Under the pieces are notes generated by a model. The model was not told the DNA's origin, made no database searches, and saw nothing but the letters and a program-made list of their open reading frames with translations. Shown in pieces: positions 38,946 through 51,100 of a DNA stretch of 64,000 bases (positions are counted from its first letter, which is position 1; every line of letters starts with the position of its first letter). The stretch spans positions 25,792,001 to 25,856,000 of the forward strand of contig OZ365114.1 in NCBI GenBank assembly GCA_977030845.1, written 5' to 3'. The DNA is from Fimbriosthenelais zetlandica. Lineage: Eukaryota. The translations under genes and the position numbers were made by a program.

Positions 38946-40358
38946 GTGTGTATTATTCTCAGGTTAATGTCAGGTCTTACTAAACCAGATATTCGTCACT
39001 TCTCATTAAAAACAGCTACACATGAACCAAGGCTCAATGGCACCCGCCATTCACAGGCAATTTCAAAGGCAATCTATGTTACATCCATATTATGTTGGAA
39101 TTCATTAAGGGATTCAATATTTGAGGCTTATGATTCTTATCCCCAAATTATTTTGCTGACTGATTTTCAGCAGACCTCTTCTGATATAGCAGTTCGATGT
39201 ACATCTTTTTGTTTGTGAAATAATTTATGTTCGCTATGGCTTTCCATCTGATGTATATCTTTCATCAGTTGGTAATTGAAAAAATTAAGAGGTGTATATA
39301 TGAAATGAAATGTAACCAAATCAGATTATTAGGGTTGATGACAAAGATTCTGTGTAAGATTAATTAGCAAGTGTTGTAAAATAACATGTGCTAAACAATA
39401 TTTGACAGGATGAGCATTGTAATAAGTTGTTTTGATATTTTTTTTTATAATTGTAATAAGGTGCACCGTGTTAAATATTGTAACTAGATACTTGTAAGGA
39501 ATGGGTAAATACATCTGCTTGTGCTACTAGATCCCTGAGTTGGTTTAGAGATGAAATGTGGGCATTCTGTTTATATTAGAAGGTGATGTCACCAATACTA
39601 TCAAATCCCTGACGTAACAATTACAGGTCTTTGAAAAATTAATATTATGCAATTCGCCTGATGAAAAGTCCAAAAATGGAACTTTTTTATTCTTGAAAAC
39701 AGGGTTGAGTTTTATAAAACTCTTGAGGGGTACTGCTGCTTTGTTAGATTTTGTTTTTAGACATTTTAAGGAAGGCAGAACACTGTGCAAAATGGAACTG
39801 TAGCATAATCCTAAATGGTTAATCTGACATAACCTAGACGATAACCTGTTCAAAGAAACGTACGTAGTTCCTGCCTGAATGCCTTCTGATTCTGTGTTTT
39901 TAAATTCTGACAGAATAATAACAATGGAGCTGAATGTTAGCCTGCAATGTGTATGTACATACAACATAAACCCGGACTTGTTTAGTAGTTTAGTACTTGT
40001 TGCTAGGATAGCCACCTGTCCCGTGTTGTTATTGCCTTGCTATTTTAGAATGATAGCCTGTGTTTGTTTATTGAAAATTGGATTCCTCTATTCACCAACT
40101 ATTTGAAGATGTGTATTTCTTTCCTACAAATTTGGAGAATAAAAACTCATTTTATCCACACAAAAATGTAAAAGTTTACGCAAAAGTTTTTCCTGTTGGG
40201 ATAGAGGATAGATAAAGTTGGCAGTGTATTAAGCCATATGAATGTGGTATTCAACCACAAAAATATTTCTTTCAATAGCTTTTAACACCTCGAAAGGTCA
40301 TTTACGTTGGAATTATTGCACTCCACTCTATTCATTCAGTCAATCTTCCTTCCCATAG

Positions 40359-40431
40359 AGAGACAGGAGTGAAGATGAAACTGGTGCATTGTTCAATTAA
40401 GGCAAGCGGAGTATCTCAGAGTGAGACGTCA
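40359..40431 (+). CDS. Unidentified plus-strand gene, exon
   Basis: cttccttcccatag|A GAG ACA..; ETGVKMKLVHCSIKASGVSQ(SETS); donor at 40420 (gtgaga) or 40431 (gtatgt). Confidence 0.45.
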
Positions 40432-40569
40432 GTATGTAGGGTGAAGGGGGAAGGTTGAGGTGTGAAGTATTCCACTATGATCATCAAGGTGATGAGAATA
40501 GAGCTAAATATGTGATTTATGGGCAACATGTGAAGTTCATTCTTACCTCTACCCACACCTGTCTACAGC

Positions 40570-40760
40570 TAGATTGTGAATGGTCTGAGGAGGGAAGATG
40601 TGATAGAGATAAATGCATGTTGAGAACATTACAAAATGAGGCCATGGGGAGAGGTAGGAGAAAGGTGAGATCGGTGGGGATCTCAGTGAAGGGTGGAGAC
40701 ATGGCGGGTATTCATGTTCATAGCCCAGTAGGCCAGCATGCTTCTCCTAGAGGCAATTAA
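40570..40760 (+). CDS. Unidentified plus-strand gene, candidate last exon
   Basis: Pyrimidine-rich acceptor ctgtctacag/ctag; LDCEWSEEGRCDRDKCMLRTLQNEAMGR...PRGN*; AATAAA at 40963-40968. Confidence 0.35.
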
Positions 40761-41034
40761 TCAATACTTTCAGAGCTAAGTTCAGCAAGGGGATCGTTTG
40801 GTCTAAGTAGGGCCCTGGAGTTTACCTTCACAATTAAGGGGCTACAGCAGTAACACATATAGACGGAAGGTTGGCTGGTTGATTTAAGAGGAAACACATT
40901 GTTGGCCCAATGCCCTGCACTACTGGCTGGCCTTTGGTAACCCAGTCAGCAGCACTGCCAGGAATAAAAGTGAGAGACGCTGCTTGAAGGAATTGAACCA
41001 GTCATCTTAGCATTCACGAATGAAAAAACAGGAA

Positions 41035-41959
41035 TACATTGTTTCAACTTTTTATTGCTTGGGTAGATGTGGTATAAAAAATACTTGTAAGTGTCATGTT
41101 TAGCTGATTTTCCTTCACACACCAAAATCTGTATAAGCAGAGATTAATTTACAAACATTCATGTCTGATTACATCTCATAATATATAGTTAGTACTGGTA
41201 TAAATGAAAGTATCAAATGGCAAATGAACACAAGCCCCAGGAATTAAATAATTTAAGTAAATCAACCAATTCACATAATTACCATCAGAATTACTCATTC
41301 ACCCAGGCATGTTTGGGACTAGATTTCCGTAACAAGCAAAAACTTTCCAAACAGCTTTAAATGTAAAAGTAGTGGAATATGATACAATGTAAACGATGCA
41401 GACATGGCAAAGCCCGGCATAGAAACTCAATAGCTAAGTATACAGCATTGTTCATCATGCTTAGACAATATCCCAATAATCAATTAATCCCAATAACACA
41501 GGGAAATAAATCACATAGATACCCAACTCAAACAACCCAAAATTAAATAGGATTTCAGCAAGTTTCAATTTCCTAACACGATTCTTGTATTCGGATTTTG
41601 CTTTCTAAAATCCAATCTGTAAGTTTTAAATATCTTTTGCATGATAAACTGTCATCTTTGTAGGTTCACCTAAAAACCTGAGAATTATATAATAAAGGGA
41701 CACAATACTATAATTCACATAAAAAATAAATAATGAACAAGTATATATAATCCAGCGACTAGTAATGGCAGTGCAGTAATGGAGTATCTACAGATGCAGA
41801 GTGCACACCTTACATGAGATGCTAAGCTAGACGTGGATACATGCATCAATGGATGACGTACACTAAGATGGAAGCTGAATGAAGGCATCGGTTTGTGAAA
41901 TATTGACTTTATACAAGGTTCAAGAATCACCAAGAAGACAGGGTCGTACCGGACCGAGG
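41035..41959 (-). other. Orphan minus-strand terminal exon, mostly 3'UTR
   Basis: Strong acceptor gtgtctctttcacag| at 41960/41959; AT-rich body; minus-strand AATAAA at 41051-41056. Confidence 0.4.
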
Positions 41960-44900
41960 CTGTGAAAGAGACACTGTGACATGATACTATGCCACATGAT
42001 ACAAATTATTCCTCATTTATATTCAATACACATCAAGCAACAGGGCACTGCAATATAATAATTCGTTTGTTAACAACGAAAACTAACTTGTGTGAAGTCA
42101 TGAAAATGAAGTCATATATGGAAGAGAATTTCGGAGGTTGAAGAGAACATATCACAAAACACTGGAATGTGGGATTGACAATTTGGTAATAAACACCGCA
42201 AAAGTTCTATTCCCAACAAAAGTGAATTGAATGGCACTTAAATTTCTCTTGGTGTTTGTATTACATTATGACATCTTTCTACTGGACAAATCAGCCAGTG
42301 TACTCTTTAATAAAAATGAATGGATTTCAGGGTAGAATCAGGATTGAATCTAAAATACATATGTAAAACATTTTAGATAAATTTATACTGTTAGACTTAG
42401 AACATAGTTCTGAAATCCCAAAAGTGTTAATCCCAAATGTTCTCTTAACGACAGAGTCAAGTGTTTGCCTTGTTGGTGCAAAGAAAGACAACAAGGTAGG
42501 CACAGGTATGGTCAGACACCCACATGGTAACCACTGATATGTAGAGCTCTATCTTACAAAGCCAGCTATACAGACCTATATACACAGAGATTAATTATCA
42601 ACCCAGCTTTGAAGAAGAGGCGAACCCGGTTCCTCAGCATGTAAATCTGATATTTTACTCAGATCGTTTTAATTTTCAGAATCCCACAAGTGAAATCAAA
42701 TAAGTGTTTATAATAATTGATGTGGATTAAAGGAAACCCTTTAAGTGATCATAGAGTAGTTTATAGTAAAGTTCAATATTCAAAGACTTTAAGGACCTTT
42801 AAAAATACTATAAGTTGGAATACTGTTGGAAATATTAGTCAGGTTCGTAATGCAGATTGTAGTTAAGAATAAAATAAATTTGGCATATTTACAGGATCCT
42901 GGTACAGTCACTTGTTTGGGCTACACTTTGTTCTCAATCTCTTCCATTTAACCGTTTAGATATTTACCCCTTTAGAATTATTAATAAGAATTTTGACAGT
43001 AGGAGGCTGATAATTTGCATGAGAAGTCAAGTGACAGTAGGCACTTACTGGGCGGTAGAGAAAGCTGACAGTGCTGACACCTAGTGGACGTGACTGGAAC
43101 TATGTACATCTTTGGTACTATGTAACATTTAACAAGGTTTCATGTAAAATAAAGGTGTCCCAAATCCCTGATTGACAGGGGTTCGTCAGTACTATATTAG
43201 TTTTTCACCTCTGGTGATATTAAATACACATCTAGAGGAATCGGGAAACTAGTGGACTGACAATAGTACATTAACCAACATCAAGATTCATGTATCGTAG
43301 TTGAGAAACAGAATGTAATATTGTAACTACATAAACTGTGTTCAACTAATCTCTGGACAGGTGTATACTAGAAAATGGATGGTGAAAATACATGGTGTAA
43401 AAGAAATCTATATGTTATAATGGACCGGACAAGACATAGATATGTGACGCTACGTTCCTTTACCTAGCTACCATTTGGAAACCACAAGAAAATACCTTAG
43501 TTACTAAACAATTCATAAGCAATTTTCAGACATGTCCAAGTGAGCTAAGATTGTAAGCTTCCAATACAGGAATACAGTAGGAGTAATTGAACAGATCACA
43601 TACTCAGATAGGTTAGTTTTAAGTCTTACAATAGAGGAAGAGAGGAAAGTATATGTTATCCCATTGATTTATCATTTCCCCAGGTTGGTCATACTAATAG
43701 ACTAACAACATGGCTAAACTGGCAAAATATATAAGTCGGTGATTTTAGCATTGATTTAGACGCAAATACAAATATGCACATGCATGTAAGTGACACTGAA
43801 GTGTTTCAAAAATCCAAGGAATATACGAACAATTACAAGAATGTATAATTATTATTCTACAGGTGGGCAAGTTGATGTCCCTATTCCCTCCCTTCACTGG
43901 CCTGAATTTGGTTGGAACATATATATTATATTGAGGGAGGGACCTATTGACGTACGGTGGAAGAATCCTAAAATTCACACATATATAGCACCTTGTTTAG
44001 TATGACCAAAAGGTAAACTTCATTGTTGTGTTAAGGTATAACATAAATAAATGACCCAATAAAAACCTTTTGGGCGTCAGTTCATTCTTCATTTCCGTTG
44101 GATTTCTAACCAATTTCTTAGACATAATCAAAAAAGAATTTGAAGTTCCAAGCTCTTATCTGAGGGCACACGGAAATCTTTTCGGATATGTACATTTTCC
44201 TTCATCAGGCAATTTTAGATTAGGAGGGGTATTTGATATAAAATTTGGATTTTCAGGTCAACAGGCACAAATCTTAAATTTTCCTAAAATATGGACATCT
44301 AGATATATAATTCTTTCAATAAATAAAAAGTAGTAGGCCGACTGTTGAGATGTCTAAGGCAGTGAACCTGTGTTATGTACATCTCATTTTGGATATAAAC
44401 TAGTCAAGTCAGGACATGTAGAAAAGGTTCAACATATCCTGAATATTTTTCAGCAATTTTATGAACATTGTTTCATATTGCATCCTGTTCTGACAATGTT
44501 TTCTAAGTATTATAATCATTTTTCACTTTCCTAATATTCAGGCAAAGTGGCTCACAGTGAGATATGTATGCAACTAGATTACGTTTCCTCTGTTTCTGGG
44601 AAACGCACACATTAATGATCTTTTATAATTTAACATTTCAATTTTTAACTCACTCAAGATTCATCTCTGGAAGTGAGAGTGCAGATGTTACTTTTCCCAT
44701 AGCTCTATGCCACATCGATATTATACAATGATGAGACAAGATCAAATCGGTCATGATAATTTAACTGATACACAAGTATAGACATTTGTAGTCGAATTTG
44801 TAGCTCAACGGCTTAAAATACTGCTTTAAGTTTTAAGATAATTGACCAGTATCTTATTATGTCATCGTTTTTAGTCTTCAAATCACAGGACCTCTATCGT

Positions 44901-45099
44901 CATCATTTTAGTATGAATTTCTGATAATTCAAGAAACTTTTCATTATTTAACTATCATCTAATTCCTAGTTCTATAGACTATCTTCCCAAGTCCTTTTCT
45001 GAGTACATCAGCAAGGATAGGAACACACACATGTAAAATCTTGACTAAGTAGAATCCCCGACTATTTCTCTACAATTCTCCTATGTTTTCTTCGGGAAA

Positions 45100-45207
45100 C
45101 TGAAATACTCAAGAACTAATATCTTGGATTTTTCAATGAAATACATACTTTTCAATACCGTACACATATTCATTATATCAATCCATAATCTCAGAAAGCA
45201 GTCCCTT
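45100..45207 (+). repeat. Dispersed direct repeat, copy A
   Basis: aatatcttggattttcaatgaaatacatacttttcaataccgtacacatat...atcaatccataatctcagaaagcagtccctt aligns by eye to 46421-46537. Confidence 0.75.
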
Positions 45208-45719
45208 TACAAGAACTGTTCTTCACACCTAATACTTTCACTGTCAATTAAAGTACACTTCAAGTTTCTTTCAGTTATTATGACTGTCTGTTTAACCTTC
45301 ATTCAGTGGTCTATTATATATGTAGAAGTAGTCATGGTAAGTCAAATAATGTCCATTATTTGGCTTTCATTTTCCAGCACCAGTAAAACGCTAGCTCATC
45401 AAAGTAAACCTTTACAAGTATAATTTACACTAACTAAAGTATACAGTGTTATATAAACATAAATATACAAGTGAAAATAACACAACCTAAGAAAACATGA
45501 CATAGGCCAGCATGATCATTACATAAGCCAAATGTGTTCAGAACATTCATAAAAAAAATCACTTTAGAAAGTATGTTTTTTGACTTGAATGAAAAAAAAA
45601 TTGACATGAGAGATATTTATGGAAAATGAGTTTAAATAAGTTTCATTTCTATTGCCTTCGCAATTCCCCACATCTTATCACTCCTCAAGCGTTAATAAAA
45701 TGAGTTGTGCAGTAGATAA

Positions 45720-46070
45720 ATCCATTAGGTAATTGCCTTTCCATCTTTTCTTGCTACCACTCAAGCCTTTGTTCGCTTCATACAGCTTTTTATATCAATA
45801 TCTTACCCATCGTTCCTTCACTCTCGTTTTATTTTTCTTCCCATTTATCAGTTAAATTCCTCTTCCAGCTTTGATCTCTCAAGCTGTGGAAGGAGATATA
45901 TCTTCTATTTTTAAATCCGCTTCCCTTGGCAGGCCTCCAATTTGTTCTGTTTTTCTCTACCGTGCCTGCTTTCTTGCACCTTGAATTTTCAAAAGCTGAT
46001 CTCGACCTCTGATAAATTTCTAAAAGATGATCCTCTAACTCTTTTTGATCATGTTTTCATGAGAATCATC
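45720..46070 (-). mobile_element. Possible decayed non-LTR retrotransposon fragment
   Basis: Purine-rich minus strand with broken frames DQKELEDHLLEIY... and EQIGGLPREADL..., loosely like pre-RT segments of non-LTR elements as I recall them; no RT motif seen. Confidence 0.2.
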
Positions 46071-46207
46071 TAGATTGATTATCCTGCAGCAAATTGTTGA
46101 TGTATGTGACATTTATATAAGAAATCTACCAAGACTACCTCCTGGACATATTCAATCATCCTAGCTAACAATATTCCTTAAACAGAATCTTCTAAGTTGG
46201 ATTCTTG

Positions 46208-46318
46208 TCAGAAGCGAGTGTTCCTCTTGCCGTCTCCCCATGTGTTGGTGAAGACCATAAACTCCAGGCTATTGAGGTAGGCATCGTTATCAAGGGACAC
46301 CATCTCATCCTGCACGTC
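46208..46318 (-). CDS. Mucin-like type I membrane protein, last coding exon
   Basis: gatttcag|GAC...TTC TGA; DVQDEMVSLDNDAYLNSLEFMVFTNTWGDGKRNTRF*; phase 0 matches the upstream donor. Confidence 0.8.
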   Translation of the reverse strand, partial: DVQDEMVSLDNDAYLNSLEFMVFTNTWGDGKRNTRF

Positions 46319-46420
46319 CTGAAATCAACCATCACATTCTACTACTCAAAGTTCATCACATTACAAATATCTGTTTCTTCATTAAAGGATATAATTTGAA
46401 TGGTTACCTATGACTATAAA

Positions 46421-46537
46421 CGGAAACACTCATGAATTAATATCTTAGATTTTCAATGCCAATACATTCTTTTCAATACCGTATACATATTTTTCAATTT
46501 TGTTAAATCAATCCATAGTCTAAGGAAGCAGTACCTT
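46421..46537 (+). repeat. Dispersed direct repeat, copy B
   Basis: aatatcttagattttcaatgccaatacattcttttcaataccgtatacatat...atcaatccatagtctaaggaagcagtacctt; homologous to 45100-45207 with a short indel. Confidence 0.75.
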
Positions 46538-46785
46538 GGGCATATGTTTCACCAAGGTGAATAAAAGGCCACTCTATATTGTGTATGTACATGTACATAG
46601 GTAGTATTTTTACTATTCGAGAATCATTTCATATTGCTAAAATGTCTGCTTAATATGTTTTGGCTATCTCAAGTAAGAAGCAATCTATTTTGAAGTATTG
46701 CAGACAATGATATGTATTTTGAAGTACGTGAGATAAGAAGGGGGAAAGGGAAAGTAGAGACACGTGAGGTGAAGATTTGACTAAC

Positions 46786-46931
46786 CTTTTGAAAAAAGTC
46801 AAAATGATTGTTAATATAGCTGAGGGTGACACTGTCATCCCACAGGCCTGTGTAGTGGTTAGACTGAGCCTTGGTCGTGTCCAACTGACGTGATTTGTTT
46901 CTGTGGTACAGAGCAAGGCCCACAGTGATAC
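46786..46931 (-). CDS. Mucin-like type I membrane protein, TM end and cytoplasmic exon
   Basis: ctttttcag|GT ATC...AAG|gttagt; GITVGLALYHRNKSRQLDTTKAQSNHYTGLWDDSVTLSYINNHFDFFQK; phase 1->0. Confidence 0.85.
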
Positions 46932-47142
46932 CTGAAAAAGTCATTATATGACGTAAACCAACTATACAAAACTAGCCTAAAGTCATACATCTACTTACAC
47001 TTATCTATACCTAATGTAATGTATTTTATCAGAAGTAGTCTACGTGGAAGTACTTGTGTAATAGGACTATTTAATCTTTGTTCAAGTTACCTTTATATAA
47101 GAATTTTTTTACATTTATGAATAAAAATGTTAATATATTAAC

Positions 47143-48111
47143 CTGCTACAAGTAGAAGGGTACAGGCTAAGGTAATGCCCACAATGCCGCCCACACCCAG
47201 ACCGCCCTCGTCCACACCAGGGGGCAGTGCCGAGGTATCATTCCACGGTTCACCGCTGGGGGTGGCTTCAGAATAACCGAGGCGATCATCAGCTGATCCG
47301 TTCACTATACTACCACCTAGATCCTGAGTGGGAGTCATTAATGCTCCTGGGTCGGCTTTAACACTAACTGACGACTGTACTGGAGTGGTATCCATACTGT
47401 CCACTGATGATGATGATAAGTTAAGGCTGCTTATATACTGACTAGAAGAAGTTGTAGGTAAAATCCCAGAAATGGGCGTCTGTGGCGAGGCACTGTCACT
47501 CTGTGATAGGGATAATCCCCCCTCTGTAGAGGGATTATTATAATTTAAGGATGGATTAGTGATGAATGATTTAGATACACTGATGGGGGATGTTTGGGTT
47601 ATAGATGGAGATAGAGTGGTAAAATCACTATTCACACTGGTATCATGATTGGTAAAATCACCATTCACAGGTGAAGGTTGAGGGGAGGAAGAGTCAGTGG
47701 TCCATCCATCCTCTCCATCCTCCAGGCCTGGAGTCTCTGTGGTGGTAGAATTAATACCATCATGCTCATTAAAGGTCAGTGATGGATCTATATAGAGGTC
47801 ACTTAACGGTGCTGTCCTGTTAGGGTGAGAGTGCCCTTTCTTGGGGGTAGAGTTGTCGATGATTTCTGGCTGTGACTGTGAGGTAGGATGTCCATGGTGT
47901 GTGGGTGAAGGATGTGGAGTGGTGGAGGTTGGTGTAGAGGTAAGGATGGCTGGAGTTGACAGATTGTCTGGCTCATGGGTGGGACCATGTCCGGTGACAT
48001 TTGGCTGGTGTTGGATGTGTGTGGACAAGCTGGGCTGAGGTGTGCTGGTGGCTGGTGACCCAAGGTCCTGGCACTCGACTAACCCACATAGCCAGAGGAG
48101 AATGGAAAACA
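47143..48111 (-). CDS. Mucin-like type I membrane protein, large Ser/Thr/Pro-rich ectodomain exon
   Basis: 969-nt open exon tttttccag|TG...GCA G|gttaat; begins with the signal-peptide tail FSILLWLCGLVECQ, then S/T/P-rich with many NxS/T sequons, and ends in the TM start GGIVGITLACTLLLVA. Confidence 0.9.
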
Positions 48112-51100
48112 CTGGAAAAATACAATATTAAACTAACAAGGCAGCTTAAAACTATGACACAGCTCCAGATATTTAAACACACCCAAAGACATATAATATA
48201 CACAGTAAACTGAAAGTTTTAGTATAAGATTTCCCACACACACACACGCATATTTAAGTGGTTCCTCAATTTTGGGACCAGCACACACTCACATATTTTA
48301 GGTATTAAAAATGACATCTTTTTAAACATGATTTGCATTAAATGTGAAACGGTATCCCAGACTTTCAGAGAGAAAAAACAATTTCCATTAATGTTATTGA
48401 TTGAACGGTAGGAATCAATATAATGGTTCATTTCTTATCAACACCAATCACACCATGCAAAAAACACAATCAGTGCTCCCTTATCTCCCAGCCTTGGCAA
48501 CTATCCCAGCTAAGTCCACTAACGGAAAAAAGAGAGACCGCTCCAGTCATTCACTACTAAGATCTATCATGGAAAGATTTACTGACAATAAAGATTTATA
48601 CCTAAAATATACCACATATAATTATGAGATTTATATATCAGTAAATCATCACCACTATGCTGAACACATGTTCTAATTTCCAGTTAAATTTACTGTTACA
48701 TGTAGAATCAGATGACAAAAAAAATGACATCAGCTATATATCATGTGAGAAACTGATATTATTTTCGCTATTGGTCATGAAGTGCTTGAGAAAACTAAAA
48801 ATGAAATTGAAATAGTGATAGGTTAGCGTGGAATGCGTCTGGGTAGGTATGGGTGTACTGGAGTGGGTGTTAGGCCAGCCCAGACCCGCTGGAGGGATGT
48901 CCTTTTGAGGGTATAACACACTAACATGGGAGACTGGCCTTTGGCGATGAAACATGACAAGGCTGTTTGGCAGGGTCAGTAGGTAAACCTAACTCATTAT
49001 TCTAAACTAGTTTTACAGAGGCCCCAGAGAAAAAAATCCACTAAAGTATTAAGGATTCAAAACAGAATCATAGTCTGAATTAGACTTCAATGTAACTATT
49101 TTAGATGACCTATCTACTTTATTTTAAAGTGAACTGTAGGTTAATATTTTAATGTTGAGGGTAGTATTTATTGGTTTGGTACAATTGAGAGAGCAGAATA
49201 TGGTAACAGCTGATACATGGATGTTTAACGCCTTGCAATAAACATGTTAACAGCTGATGTCTGCATTAGTTTATCAGATAGAGCAGAGAGGATGGGGGGA
49301 TATATCCTTTTTTTGTTCTCTGAATATCAAGGACAATGCCATTCAATAGGAATTAAGTTCAAGTTATATTCCAGAAATAATAAGTTTTTAACCTTCGGTA
49401 ACTTTCATGTGATCTATATTTTTTATGGATTTGCCCCGAAGCAGGGTTCGCCAGTCCCGAACGTCACAGTAGCGAATACGACTGTAGACAACAATTTGAC
49501 TATTCATATAATTTGGCTATTTTTTTACTACTGGACTTTCTATTAATATAAATGTTTAAATGTAGAGATTTTATATAACCTTAAAATTGACGAAATGGGG
49601 AAATAAAAGTATTTGATTACAATGGCGATTTTCTTTTTTCTGATAAATTTGATAATGGCTACTACTGTGGCTAACTAGTTGAGAGAGGTAGGTAACCCTG
49701 CCAGGTTATTACATGAAACATACTGTACACAGGTGTGTGGAGGGAACAGTTGGTGGTGGACCCCTCCTACCAATCCACCCCGCTACCATAGAGGGCGGGG
49801 GATTTATAATGTGAACACTAGCACAACTGTAATTATGAGAGGAATACAGTGGGGTCAAATAAGCAGAACAAAATGAGCAGATAGGGACTACATACTGGGC
49901 TCATGGACTCATGACCCTGTACCATCATAATTGATGTCAATTTTATTTATCACGCACCAACCTTTTCAGTACTGTATCCTATGGCAAGCTGGGATTAACT
50001 CTTTCATGCATTTAATTAGCCAGTATTCATTTCACAACTCTGTCTTCTGTATTCCAAATTTAATTTAAATTTATTATTTCGGCCTTTTCCCTCCCATCTA
50101 TTACCCCTTCACATTTCCTCCCCATTTCCCTCTATTTGCTCGCCGCCATATCTCATGTGGTACATGTATGTGTGCGCTTGGGGCTCCGCCCCTGGGGAAC
50201 GTGCAGTTTGGCTGCCGACCAAATTTTCTTTTGAGAATGATGACTTGTCCCTTTAATGCTGTCCCCCAGGCAGCAAGGGCTGGACATGGGAAAGTGCACC
50301 CAAAATGAGAGATCTGAAAGATATACATCATTCTAAACTAAATCCTACAGTCCGAAATCCCCCCAAAAAGTTCTTATACCCCAGAAATAATATTTTCATA
50401 AGCCCCTATAGGCAAAGTAATGCAGCATCATTTAGCTATCAATGTTTAGAATATTTGTAAGAAGCCACTATTAAAGTAACTAGATTAACATAAGATTATC
50501 ATTATTTTTCTATAATACAATGAGTATAGAGGGTTAATATAATGAGATATATTTATCTACCCAGACTATATATAGTGATCCAGCCCCAGGTCCCTGGCAT
50601 TGGCCCCATCACTCTGCCCCCTAGATCCATATGAAGTCAGTCTAGTGTAAGGAACCTTCTATAAACCTATATTATCCCCCTATACAATCACTGAGGTCAG
50701 GGCAAATCACTCAACTGGTGGCCTTATCAGTGCTAAAAAGATGGCTAAATCACAAAAACCTCTCATACTACACAACTGTTCGTTTATCATTGCATTAGCG
50801 ACTAAATAGAGATATCTAATAACACAAATCTTTAATTATTAGCTTCTTTAAAGCTCCTAAAACTCTAAAAATGGAAAGAATACCGAAGTGAAATTAGTGT
50901 TGTCTACTGTTGGAATTGAGAATCAAATTGTGCTCGTGGACCAAGCCCAATTTTGAATTTCTATCCATATTTATAAGTAAAATGAAACATTTTTTAGAAG
51001 AAATTTGAGTACAATGTAGATGAATAAGTGAGTTAGAGAGATGTGAATAAGGTGCATGATGAGAGTGACACACAGTGAGAGATGGCATATACCTACCCTA

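Noticed and set aside
39545-40015. 156-aa minus-strand ORF
   Set aside because: AT-rich with no motif, and lies in an intron of the plus-strand model; probably a chance ORF.
47803-48213. Several overlapping ORFs
   Set aside because: Shadow frames of the mucin exon.
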